Source of the DNA: Candidatus Latescibacterota bacterium
Lineage (GTDB): Bacteria; Latescibacterota; UBA2968; GCA-2709665
DNA length: 64,000 bases
Reading direction: 5' to 3'
Assembly: GCA_965205485.1 (NCBI GenBank)
Contig: OZ242180.1
Span: 1,632,001 to 1,696,000 of the forward strand
The notes under the pieces were generated by a model. The model was not told where the DNA came from, did not search any database, and was given only the letters and a program-made list of their open reading frames with translations. Below are positions 27,607-37,887 of the stretch, piece by piece (the stretch's first letter is position 1; every line of letters begins with the position of its first letter). The position numbers and the translations under genes are program-made.

Positions 27607-29289
27607 TCAGCGCGTGCCGAGCACCCGCTTCACGCGTTCCATGACTTGCTGCTGTAAAATGGTGAGTACGTTGAACATGGTCCAGTAGAGCACAAGACCC
27701 GACGACATGCTCCAGAATATCCAGGTCATGAAAACGGGCATTATGTAGACCATGAACGCCTGTTTGGGGTCCTTCATGGTCATTTTTGACTGCACAAACG
27801 TAGAAACGGCCATAAGCAGCGGCAGAAGGTGGATTTCAAAGCCGCCGATAAACAACCGGTCCGGTTGCGACAGGTCCGTGATCCAGAATACGAACTCGGA
27901 CTGCCGAAGTTCTATTGCGCCCCTGAACACGTTGAACAACGAAAAGAGGATGGGCATCTGGATGACCATCGGCAAACAACCCCCGAGCGGGTTGACGCCC
28001 TCTTCCTTGTAGAGCTTCATCATTTCCCGGCTGACCTTCTGCTGGTCGTCCGGATATTTCTCGCGCATCGCGGCGATCCTGGGCTGAAGTTGCTGCATCC
28101 TGGCGGCAGCCTCGAGACTCTTGTGCGTCAGCGGAAACACCACGATTTTGATCAGCACGGAAAAGACGATGATGACCAGACCATAGTTCGGGATCAGGGG
28201 ATGAAGCGCGAGAAAGGCCCTGAGATTCAGATTGGTGATGGGCTTGATGATGGGCCGGAAGATGGCAAAACCATATTCCATGAACTCCTCCATCTCCAGT
28301 TCCCGATAGTTGGCGGAGAGATCCTGGTTCTGCTGTCTTAGCCGATCGTAGGAGATCGGGCCGAAATAGACGCCGTAGCGCTGTCCCGGATCGACCCCTT
28401 TCGAAAGGATTTCGACGTGGTACCACTCAGCGATATCAAGCATGTCGCCGGCCATATTCAGGCCGTAGCTGCCTTCCGGGGGAATCAGGGCAACCAGGAA
28501 GTATTTGTTCCTGATTCCAACCCACGAGATCCGGCCGCCGGGCGGAGGGTCGCCGTCGGGCCCGAGGTCCTCTACGTTCCAGGTTTCGACTTCGCCGCCC
28601 GCACGCGTTACCACCGACATATAGGCCGCGTTCTCTTCGGGGTTGTTCTCGGTATCGGCCAGGCTGCCCGACCATCCAATGCCCAGCTTTTCCTGCGGCT
28701 GCAATCCGGAAACGGCCACCGCCATTTCCGCACGGTAGCGGTTGCCCTGGAATCGGATCCGCTTCTCGATCGTTCGCGTTCCCGCCCGGCCCCTGAAGAT
28801 CAGTTCGGCCTGTTCCGCGCCGACCAGCGTAAGTCCGGGCGTGTCAGTGGAAAACTCGGTTGCGTCCAGAGGCTCACCGGCCAGGGAAAGGCCCAGCGCG
28901 GCGCTCCCCGGAGCGATCAGATCGAGTTGCCCGCCGTCGGGATGTTCGTACGCCTTCAGCACCAGCCGGTTGAGTACCCCGCCGCGAGTGCTGAACGTGG
29001 CGGTAAAGAGATCGGTTTCGACAATGACGTCCCTGGGGGTGAATTCACGGGGGACCGGCTGTATGACTGCCTGCTCAGGCAACGTCGCCCGGGGCGCCGC
29101 CGGCACAATTTCGGGCGGGCGGGCGGATCCTTTCTGAGGCGGCGGCAGCGGCGTCCGACGGCTTTCGGCGGGGACCGGTTCAGGTGGCGGGATCGGAATT
29201 GCCGGTCCCATTATCCATTCCATATAGTGGGGATAGAGAATAATGATCAGGCCGATCATAATGAATGCGAGGATTGTGCGCTTATCCAT
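27607..29289 (-). CDS. yidC: Membrane protein insertase
   Basis: NPLGGCLP, IELRQ, WITDLS, SGLVLYW. Confidence 0.97.
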   Translation of the reverse strand: MDKRTILAFIMIGLIIILYPHYMEWIMGPAIPIPPPEPVPAESRRTPLPPPQKGSARPPEIVPAAPRATLPEQAVIQPVPREFTPRDVIVETDLFTATFSTRGGVLNRLVLKAYEHPDGGQLDLIAPGSAALGLSLAGEPLDATEFSTDTPGLTLVGAEQAELIFRGRAGTRTIEKRIRFQGNRYRAEMAVAVSGLQPQEKLGIGWSGSLADTENNPEENAAYMSVVTRAGGEVETWNVEDLGPDGDPPPGGRISWVGIRNKYFLVALIPPEGSYGLNMAGDMLDIAEWYHVEILSKGVDPGQRYGVYFGPISYDRLRQQNQDLSANYRELEMEEFMEYGFAIFRPIIKPITNLNLRAFLALHPLIPNYGLVIIVFSVLIKIVVFPLTHKSLEAAARMQQLQPRIAAMREKYPDDQQKVSREMMKLYKEEGVNPLGGCLPMVIQMPILFSLFNVFRGAIELRQSEFVFWITDLSQPDRLFIGGFEIHLLPLLMAVSTFVQSKMTMKDPKQAFMVYIMPVFMTWIFWSMSSGLVLYWTMFNVLTILQQQVMERVKRVLGTR

Positions 29290-29509
29290 CCGTCATACCT
29301 GTCTTGTCGAGGATCCGCAGGAAGAACACACGAAAGCAGCCTATCCGAAGCGTCATCACACGCCTGCATTGTGCCACCGAAGCGGACTCAACGACCGAAC
29401 CTCGGTAACCTTTTTTCGGGCAGGAACGCTGGCGGGGGGCGTGATGAGGGGGGCGACCACACATCCAAAGACAAAGCGGAGGGCGATTTAACGAGGAAAC
29501 AACTCTCAT

Positions 29510-29669
29510 CAGTCCGTTGAAAGAGTCCATCCGGGCTACGGCCGGCCCTTGCGGTCGAAAACCTGCGTTGCGCGCCCTCGCCGAATCGAGGGATGGGACT
29601 CGGTTGCGCGCCTTGTCTTCGGCCACAATGGCTCGGCCTCGCCTGCAGAGCGACTTTATCAACGGACTG
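29510..29669 (+). mobile_element. MITE family 1, copy 3
   Basis: CAGTCCGTTGAA...TCAACGGACTG abutting the rnpA stop codon. Confidence 0.85.
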
Positions 29670-30014
29670 CTACGGCGTGACGGCCGAACCGTGGAGCAGA
29701 CCCAGTCTTCCGAACGCAGCGACGATATCACTGCGCAGGTCTCGGAACCCTGCAACGGCCGAACCGTCGCCGACGGATATGATGACCAGATGACCCGTGC
29801 TGCGGTGCGGCGCCAATTCCCTGCAGATCACACGAATTCGCCGACGGGCGCGATTTCGGGCAACCGCCTTTCCAAACCGCTTGCGCACGGAGATGAAGAT
29901 ACGATCTTCCGCGGATTTACATGTACGGACGTGCAGCCAGCGGCCCCTGAATACCGATCCGGCCCGCCGAAGACGCTGAACCTCCTTGCGCGGCCGGGCG
30001 CGTGGCCTGGGCAT
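29670..30014 (-). CDS. rnpA: Ribonuclease P protein component
   Basis: KRFGKAVARNRARRRIR motif, position after rpmH. Confidence 0.9.
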   Translation of the reverse strand: MPRPRARPRKEVQRLRRAGSVFRGRWLHVRTCKSAEDRIFISVRKRFGKAVARNRARRRIRVICRELAPHRSTGHLVIISVGDGSAVAGFRDLRSDIVAAFGRLGLLHGSAVTP

Positions 30015-30015
30015 G

Positions 30016-30150
30016 CTAGAGCGAGACCCGTCCGCGGCCCTTGCGACGACGCCTGGAAAAGATCTGGCGCCCGCCAGGGGTCCGCATTCGATGGCGAAAA
30101 CCGTGTTTGTTCTTTCGCTTCCGATTGCTGGGCTGAAACGTCCGCTTCAT
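30016..30150 (-). CDS. rpmH: 50S ribosomal protein L34
   Basis: [22 protein letters not shown]...RRRRKGR. Confidence 0.97.
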   Translation of the reverse strand: MKRTFQPSNRKRKNKHGFRHRMRTPGGRQIFSRRRRKGRGRVSL

Positions 30151-30217
30151 TGGGATTGTCCGTGCGTTGCGCAAAGAACAGTCATTGCTGTATCTAAGTG
30201 AATTGTAGGAAGTTATG

Positions 30218-30246
30218 AATATAGACGGGGAACGGATCTTTGTCAA
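30218..30246 (-). promoter_or_regulatory. sigma70 promoter of the rpmH operon
   Basis: TTGACA-17 nt-TATATT on the minus strand. Confidence 0.7.
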
Positions 30247-30384
30247 GGGATTTCCGCGGCATCCATACGCGCATACAAGACACTACTATATATTGTATTT
30301 AATAGATTTAAAACACATTTTATAGTATCTGGACGCTCGCGAACGATCCCTACGAAATTAACTGAAAAATCCGCCAAAAAGGGC

Positions 30385-30413
30385 TTGACTTTTGCAATTC
30401 CATTCCTTAGTTT
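30385..30413 (+). promoter_or_regulatory. Putative sigma70 promoter of dnaA
   Basis: TTGACT-17 nt-TAGTTT. Confidence 0.55.
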
Positions 30414-30709
30414 GGCCCCATCCTGATTGCCGAGGCGGTTCCTTCGGCGGCTCCCCCGTATACTATATTCATACTTGAGATTTGGTTTTTTAATGTGGCC
30501 GGCGAGCCGCCGGCAGGACTTTGTATTGTCCGCTTGTGAGGAATTCACCTCTGCGTCTGCCGTGAATTCCATCCCCCCAGAATATCTTCTGCAACACTCC
30601 CTCCATAGACGATCTTCTGGCTTCTGGCAGGGCTCGGCTTACATCCCCGTCACCCTTCTCTCAAATAAGAAAATTCCGGTTTAGCGACGGCTATTTTCCT
30701 CGCTAACGT

Positions 30710-32134
30710 ATGGGCGGTTTTGTCTCCATGGTTGACAAACATCCCGGCCTCTGGGACCAGTGTTTGCGGAAGATAGAGGGGAAGATCGAGGCGGATACCT
30801 ACGGGACATGGTTCGCCCAGACGTCCTCATCGCAGCTTGACGCCAGGCTCGCACTGATTGAGGTGCCAACCACCTTTTTCGTGGACTGGCTGGAAGAACA
30901 TTGGCTTGACCTGATCCGGTCTACAATAGAAGAGATCACGTCCTGGGCGCCGGAGATCAGGTTCTCTGTCAAGAAAAATGCGCCCGCTTCCGCCGGCGCG
31001 CCACTCGACTTCTCCACCAGCGACGAATCCGTTGCTCGAACGCCCGCGCCCACGGTGGAACCGGTCGTCCAACGACCGGCTTCCGAAGCCGTATTTCCTC
31101 TGAATCCCCGATACCGGTTCGAAGATTTCATTGTCGGTGAGAGCAATCAGTTTTCATTTACCGCCGCGAAATCCGTCGCTGAGTCGCCCGGCGCGACGTC
31201 TTACAATCCGCTGGTCATCTACAGCGGTGTGGGACTCGGGAAAACGCACCTGCTTCAGGCAATCGCCGACTATTGCGTACGAAACGGCACGGCCGGGCGC
31301 GTTGTGTATACATCCGCCGAAAGGTTCTTCACCGACTATCTGAAAGCCATCCAGAGACAAGATACGTCCGCCTACGTGGAGATTTATCGAAACGCGGACA
31401 TTCTGCTGATTGACGACATCCAGTTCTACGTGAAGACCGAGGCATGCCAGCGCGAACTGCTTCACACGTTCAACACATTATATCAACTGAACAAACAGAT
31501 CGTCCTGAGTTCGGACCGTCCGCCGTCAACCCTGAAAGGATTCGAAGACAGGCTGATTTCAAGATTCCAATGGGGCCTCGTTTCGGATATCGACCGGCCC
31601 GACCTGGAAACACGGATGGCAATCATCAATCAGAAAGCAGGCGATCATGGCGTCCGGATTCCCGCGGATGTAGCCCGTTTCATGGCTGAACAGATAGATT
31701 CCAACATTCGGGAACTTGAAGGCGCCCTCACCCAACTCATTACTTTTTCGGTATATAAACGCGCACCCGTCTCCCTTGAAATCGCAAGGGATACCATAAA
31801 GAGTCTGGGGCGCGTGAAATCCATGACTTCGCCCGCGATCAGCATCAGCGAGATTCAGAGACGTACCGCCGGATACTTCGATATTTCCGTGGAAATGTTG
31901 ACCGGCGCCACCCGCAGGCAGGAAATCACAACGGCAAGACATATCTGCATGTACCTTTGCAGAAGGCTCACACAGGCGCCGCTCAAGTCAATCGGCACTG
32001 AATTTGGAAATCGGGACCACACAACAGTTATTCACGCGTGCAGGAACATCGCCGCCAGGCTTTCAACCGATCCGGATTTTCAGGTACTTGTCAGCCGGAT
32101 CCAGAACCGGGTTCAGCAGTTCGTATCGGCCTGA
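30710..32134 (+). CDS. dnaA: Chromosomal replication initiator
   Basis: YNPLVIYSGVGLGKTHL, LLIDDIQF, RLISRFQWGL, RDHTTVIHA; start may be 30728. Confidence 0.98.
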   Translation: MGGFVSMVDKHPGLWDQCLRKIEGKIEADTYGTWFAQTSSSQLDARLALIEVPTTFFVDWLEEHWLDLIRSTIEEITSWAPEIRFSVKKNAPASAGAPLDFSTSDESVARTPAPTVEPVVQRPASEAVFPLNPRYRFEDFIVGESNQFSFTAAKSVAESPGATSYNPLVIYSGVGLGKTHLLQAIADYCVRNGTAGRVVYTSAERFFTDYLKAIQRQDTSAYVEIYRNADILLIDDIQFYVKTEACQRELLHTFNTLYQLNKQIVLSSDRPPSTLKGFEDRLISRFQWGLVSDIDRPDLETRMAIINQKAGDHGVRIPADVARFMAEQIDSNIRELEGALTQLITFSVYKRAPVSLEIARDTIKSLGRVKSMTSPAISISEIQRRTAGYFDISVEMLTGATRRQEITTARHICMYLCRRLTQAPLKSIGTEFGNRDHTTVIHACRNIAARLSTDPDFQVLVSRIQNRVQQFVSA

Positions 32135-32198
32135 GCCTCTCAATGCGCGGCTTACGGACAGCGAGGCGCGGGCGCTGTTTGCATGCCCTGACGCCTGG

Positions 32199-32235
32199 AA
32201 AGACCGATTCAGTATATTGAATCGGTCTTTTCTTT
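32199..32235 (+). terminator. Hairpin/terminator after dnaA
   Basis: AAAGACCGATTCA-loop-TGAATCGGTCTTT followed by TCTTT. Confidence 0.7.
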
Positions 32236-32239
32236 GACA

Positions 32240-32640
32240 ATGCGTGAAGATATCCACAAGAGACAACCCGCAAAGGCTCTATAATATTCCAATTTTTTGT
32301 TCCATGACTTCCATTAAACAACAACTACATGGATGTGAGGTATGTGGAGAACACGGAATTCGGGCGGTCTCATGCAGGAAAAACCGATGGCTGAAATGCA
32401 GGGTCGTTATGGAAAACATGTGCATATACGGCGTGTTGTTCACGTGTTCGCCGTCGGCGTTCATCGAACCTGTCCTCTTCCACAATTTCTGCAGAGGATT
32501 TTCCACATAGCCTGATTACAGTAATCAAGGGATGGGATATTTTCCTATTTATCGTATAAACATATAGTTGAATTTGTCGTCCAGACAACAGACCCACCCG
32601 GATCGGCAATTGTTGTTCACAACGCTGATTGTGAATAAAT
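32240..32640. other. oriC: oriC (dnaA-dnaN intergenic region)
   Basis: AT-rich; DnaA boxes ATATCCACA 32250, TGTGGAGAA 32343, TCTTCCACA 32476, TTTTCCACA 32499, TTGTTCACA 32613, TGTGAATAA 32630; gene-strand bias flips near here. Confidence 0.85.
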
Positions 32641-32889
32641 GCTGGTGAATGGGGATGATGCGTTTTCCTGAAGGGTGCGTCTCCACGTCGGCTCTCCGTG
32701 ACATTGACCTGGAGCGCCGACACCCCATCGAATCCGCTCCGGAATCTGCGCGGGATCCCGCTTCTGTCGGCAGGGAAACACTGTCGCTGAGACGGGGCAT
32801 ATCGAGGGGGCGCCGAAGCGGCTGAAACGCGGTTCGGCGCGGTCCCGTACGGGGCGTTTCAAAAGAGGCTTTCCGGGGGACAATGATCG

Positions 32890-32918
32890 TTGACAAATTC
32901 GATAAAAATCAGTATATT
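32890..32918 (+). promoter_or_regulatory. sigma70 promoter of dnaN
   Basis: TTGACA-17 nt-TATATT. Confidence 0.7.
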
Positions 32919-33024
32919 ACGTTTTAGTAACCTGCGGCCGATCAAGCCGCTTTTTCCTGCGAATTCGATCCCCGAATTTCAACCGGTTTCTGGTGGAGTA
33001 ACGTCTGTTCCCGGGAGATCTAAA

Positions 33025-34224
33025 ATGAAGGTGGTTATTGAGCAGGATATGCTCATCTGGGGCATCAACTCGGTGCTGGATATCGTCCCGTCGAAAACAG
33101 CCCTCCCGGTGCTTTCGAATATACTCGTCGGAACGAACGAGAGTGGACAAGTGTGCCTGACAGCTACAGATCTGGATATTTCCATCAATTGTATGCTTGC
33201 GGGTGCCGTGGAAACACCGGGATCCACCACGGTTCCGGCGCGCAAGTTCGCCGAAATCGTCAGGGAGTTGCCCGAGGGCCCCGTGGTTCTCTCCGAGGCT
33301 TCGGGGCGCGTGACGCTTCAGTGCCAGTCGGGGCTGGAAGGATCCTATGCGCTCATGGCCGCGCCTGCTGAAGACTTTCCCGAATTGCCCGCCGAAATCG
33401 AGGGCCCAGAGATGGTTTTCGAACCCGGAGAAGAAACGCCCGAGGACGGGGGCGAGGGTCTGTTGTTGCGGGACATGATCCAGAAAACTTCGTTCGCCGT
33501 ATCCAGAGACGAAACCAGACCTGTCCTGAACGGCGTTTTCTGGAAAGTCGGCGGCGGCCGTATGACCATGGTTGCCACGGACGGCGCGAGGCTGGTCCGG
33601 TACTCCAGGAGCCACTCCCATTCAGACGCGCAGGAGGTATCAACGGAAGCAATTGTTCCCACCCGGGCGCTGAACCACCTGGTGAAGCTGGATTCCGCCG
33701 GATGCAGTCTGGACCGGGTGCTGTTCGGTCAGAATCACCTCATGTTCGATCTGCGGGCGGCCAATGGCTCCGAGACGGGCGCGGGGGGCGCCATACGTCT
33801 GTTTTCGCGGCTGGTCGAAGGGCCCTATGTCGACTACGAGCAGGTGATCCCCCAGGACAATACCACCAGAATGAAGGTACCCAACGGCCAGTTCATGCCT
33901 GCTGTTCGAAGGGTCTCTATCCTTTCAAGCGCGCAGACCCACCAGGTGCGTATTGAGATGAACAGCGACCGTGTCGTACTTTCGGCCTCAAGCCAGGAGA
34001 TTGGTGGCGAGGCGCGCGAGGAACTGGAAGCCGAATACAGCGGCGATGAAATGGTGGTCGGTTATAATTCGAACTATCTCCTCGATATTCTCAGACGTAT
34101 CGACTCCGAGGAGGTATTGTTCGAGTTGGACGGGCCGATGGCCGCGGGGATCATTCGTCCGGCCGAGCAGCCGGAAGGCGAAGACTATCTGTGCCTGCTG
34201 ATGCCGCTTCGGATAAACGACTGA
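33025..34224 (+). CDS. dnaN: DNA polymerase III beta clamp
   Basis: LPVLSNIL, ATDLDI, DETRPVLNG, VATDG, LLMPLRI; RBS GGGAG + ATG 33025. Confidence 0.97.
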   Translation: MKVVIEQDMLIWGINSVLDIVPSKTALPVLSNILVGTNESGQVCLTATDLDISINCMLAGAVETPGSTTVPARKFAEIVRELPEGPVVLSEASGRVTLQCQSGLEGSYALMAAPAEDFPELPAEIEGPEMVFEPGEETPEDGGEGLLLRDMIQKTSFAVSRDETRPVLNGVFWKVGGGRMTMVATDGARLVRYSRSHSHSDAQEVSTEAIVPTRALNHLVKLDSAGCSLDRVLFGQNHLMFDLRAANGSETGAGGAIRLFSRLVEGPYVDYEQVIPQDNTTRMKVPNGQFMPAVRRVSILSSAQTHQVRIEMNSDRVVLSASSQEIGGEAREELEAEYSGDEMVVGYNSNYLLDILRRIDSEEVLFELDGPMAAGIIRPAEQPEGEDYLCLLMPLRIND

Positions 34225-34303
34225 TGGGTGTGCATGGTCCTCCGGTCGGTCGGCCGCGGCGTTCGGAGCCTGCTACGGATAAACGACTGATTGGCGAAGG
34301 GTT

Positions 34304-35386
34304 TTGTACCTTACGGCGCTCAAGCTTGTCAACTATCGAAATTTCGATGCCGTAGACTTTGAGTTTCCGGGCCGGAAGACCGCGGTTTGCGCCGAAAACG
34401 GCGCGGGCAAGTCAAACCTTCTGGAAGCCGTTTATTTTCTTGCCATAGCCAGATCCGGTCGCGGCTCAAGAGACAGGGACGTCGTTCGATGGGGGGCGGA
34501 ATACTTCACCATCGAAGCGGGCGTGGTCTGCGAAGACCGCTTGAGATCGATCCGAATCGCGTTCGATCGACGCGCCGGCAAAAAAAAAGCGCTTCTGGAT
34601 ACAGCCCCGCTCCCCCGCCTTTCGAGCCTTGTCGGCACGTTTAACGCCGTTCTGTTCTTCCCGGAAGATGTAGACCTGGTCTTGCGGGATCCCCCCCAGC
34701 GTCGCCGTCTCCTGGACATCCTCGTCTCCCAGAGCAAGACCTCCTATCTGTCCGATCTGGATCAATACCGCCGTGTACTGGCCCAGAGGAACCGGCTGCT
34801 GAAAGAGGGTCAGGGACGCGCGCCGGATGCCCGCCATCTGGCGCCCTGGGACGTTCAACTGGCGGCACTTGGGGCGCGGATCATTCGCGACAGACTCGAC
34901 GCTTTGGACGCCATGCGTCCTCAGATCGACGAATACTATCGACAGATTTCTCGGGGCAGTGAACAGGTCCGATGCGTTTACCGAAGTGCCGTAAGTGCTG
35001 ACGAACGAGACCGCGGTCGGGAAATTCTGGAGGCCGCATTGAAGCACAGACGGGCAGATGAAGCGGACCTCGGCTATACGCTGGTCGGTCCGCACAGGGA
35101 CAACCTGGTTTTCACGCTGGATAGCAGAAGCGCGCACAAATTCGCATCCAAGGGCCAACTCAAGAGCATTCTGCTGGCCTGGAAACTTGCGGAGGCCGCG
35201 TATCTGAAGTCCCACACCGGCAGTTTTCCTGTGCTGTTGATGGACGACGTCTTCGCGGAGTTGGACCGGCACCGCTCAGATGCGGCCATGGAACTTGTCA
35301 CATCGTTCGGACAGGTGTTCATCACCGCCGCGCGAGAGCCCGGAATGAACCTCGAGGACCGCGGATTCGAACTGGTGACGCTTTAA
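34304..35386 (+). CDS. recF: DNA replication/repair protein RecF
   Basis: NGAGKSNLLEA, GPHRDNL, ASKGQ, LLMDDVFAELD. Confidence 0.96.
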   Translation: MYLTALKLVNYRNFDAVDFEFPGRKTAVCAENGAGKSNLLEAVYFLAIARSGRGSRDRDVVRWGAEYFTIEAGVVCEDRLRSIRIAFDRRAGKKKALLDTAPLPRLSSLVGTFNAVLFFPEDVDLVLRDPPQRRRLLDILVSQSKTSYLSDLDQYRRVLAQRNRLLKEGQGRAPDARHLAPWDVQLAALGARIIRDRLDALDAMRPQIDEYYRQISRGSEQVRCVYRSAVSADERDRGREILEAALKHRRADEADLGYTLVGPHRDNLVFTLDSRSAHKFASKGQLKSILLAWKLAEAAYLKSHTGSFPVLLMDDVFAELDRHRSDAAMELVTSFGQVFITAAREPGMNLEDRGFELVTL

Positions 35387-35400
35387 CCGCACGGTGCCGC

Positions 35401-35739
35401 ATGGAAAAAATCGAAGCCCGTATGCAACGGGTCGAACGAAGGTGCGCGGGCACCGTTTCCCTGAGAGTGGCCCTGGGGGAGGCCGTACGTACGCTGGGCA
35501 TCGGGTCGAAGCTCCTCGAGCAGCGCGCGTTGATGCTTTTGCCGGAGCTGATTGACGAGCTTGGCGGCGTACCCCGCGCGATGGCCCGACCGGCCGAGAT
35601 TCGCCAGGGGGAACTCGTCATCCGGATCACACGGGACGCGGTGCGCCACCGGCTGTCGATCGAGCGCCACCGCATACAGGCCAGGTTGAACGAGGCCCTG
35701 GGTCGGGAGGTCGTTACGTCCATCCGTTTCGGGAGGTGA
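35401..35739 (+). CDS. dciA: DciA/DUF721 family protein
   Basis: Position between recF and gyrB; GELVIRI...RLNEALG..VVTSIRF pattern. Confidence 0.75.
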   Translation: MEKIEARMQRVERRCAGTVSLRVALGEAVRTLGIGSKLLEQRALMLLPELIDELGGVPRAMARPAEIRQGELVIRITRDAVRHRLSIERHRIQARLNEALGREVVTSIRFGR

Positions 35740-37770
<2,031 letters not shown>

Positions 37771-37824
37771 ACGCGTATGGCGCCTGCCCCGGCAACCCGC
37801 AGGGTCGGGAGCCGAATTGACTGA

Positions 37825-37867
37825 GAAGCTGTGTTAAAATTACCGGTGGGGAATTTAAGACAGCTTC
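37825..37867 (+). mobile_element. MITE family 2, 43-bp ends-only derivative
   Basis: GAAGCTGTGTTAAAATTACCGGTG joined to GGGAATTTAAGACAGCTTC; TGA/TAA flanks. Confidence 0.8.
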
Positions 37868-37887
37868 TAACACGGGAGACACGAAGC

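Noticed and set aside
29282..30197. ORFs of 157 and 226 aa over the MITE/rnpA region
   Set aside because: Shadow ORFs spanning a non-coding repeat and antisense to rnpA/rpmH
32432..32450. TGTTCACGTGTTC as a third parS
   Set aside because: Too many mismatches to the 16-bp palindrome
32244..33024. Short ORFs in the dnaA-dnaN gap and the 45-aa dnaN extension
   Set aside because: Region is oriC/promoter DNA; no coding signature
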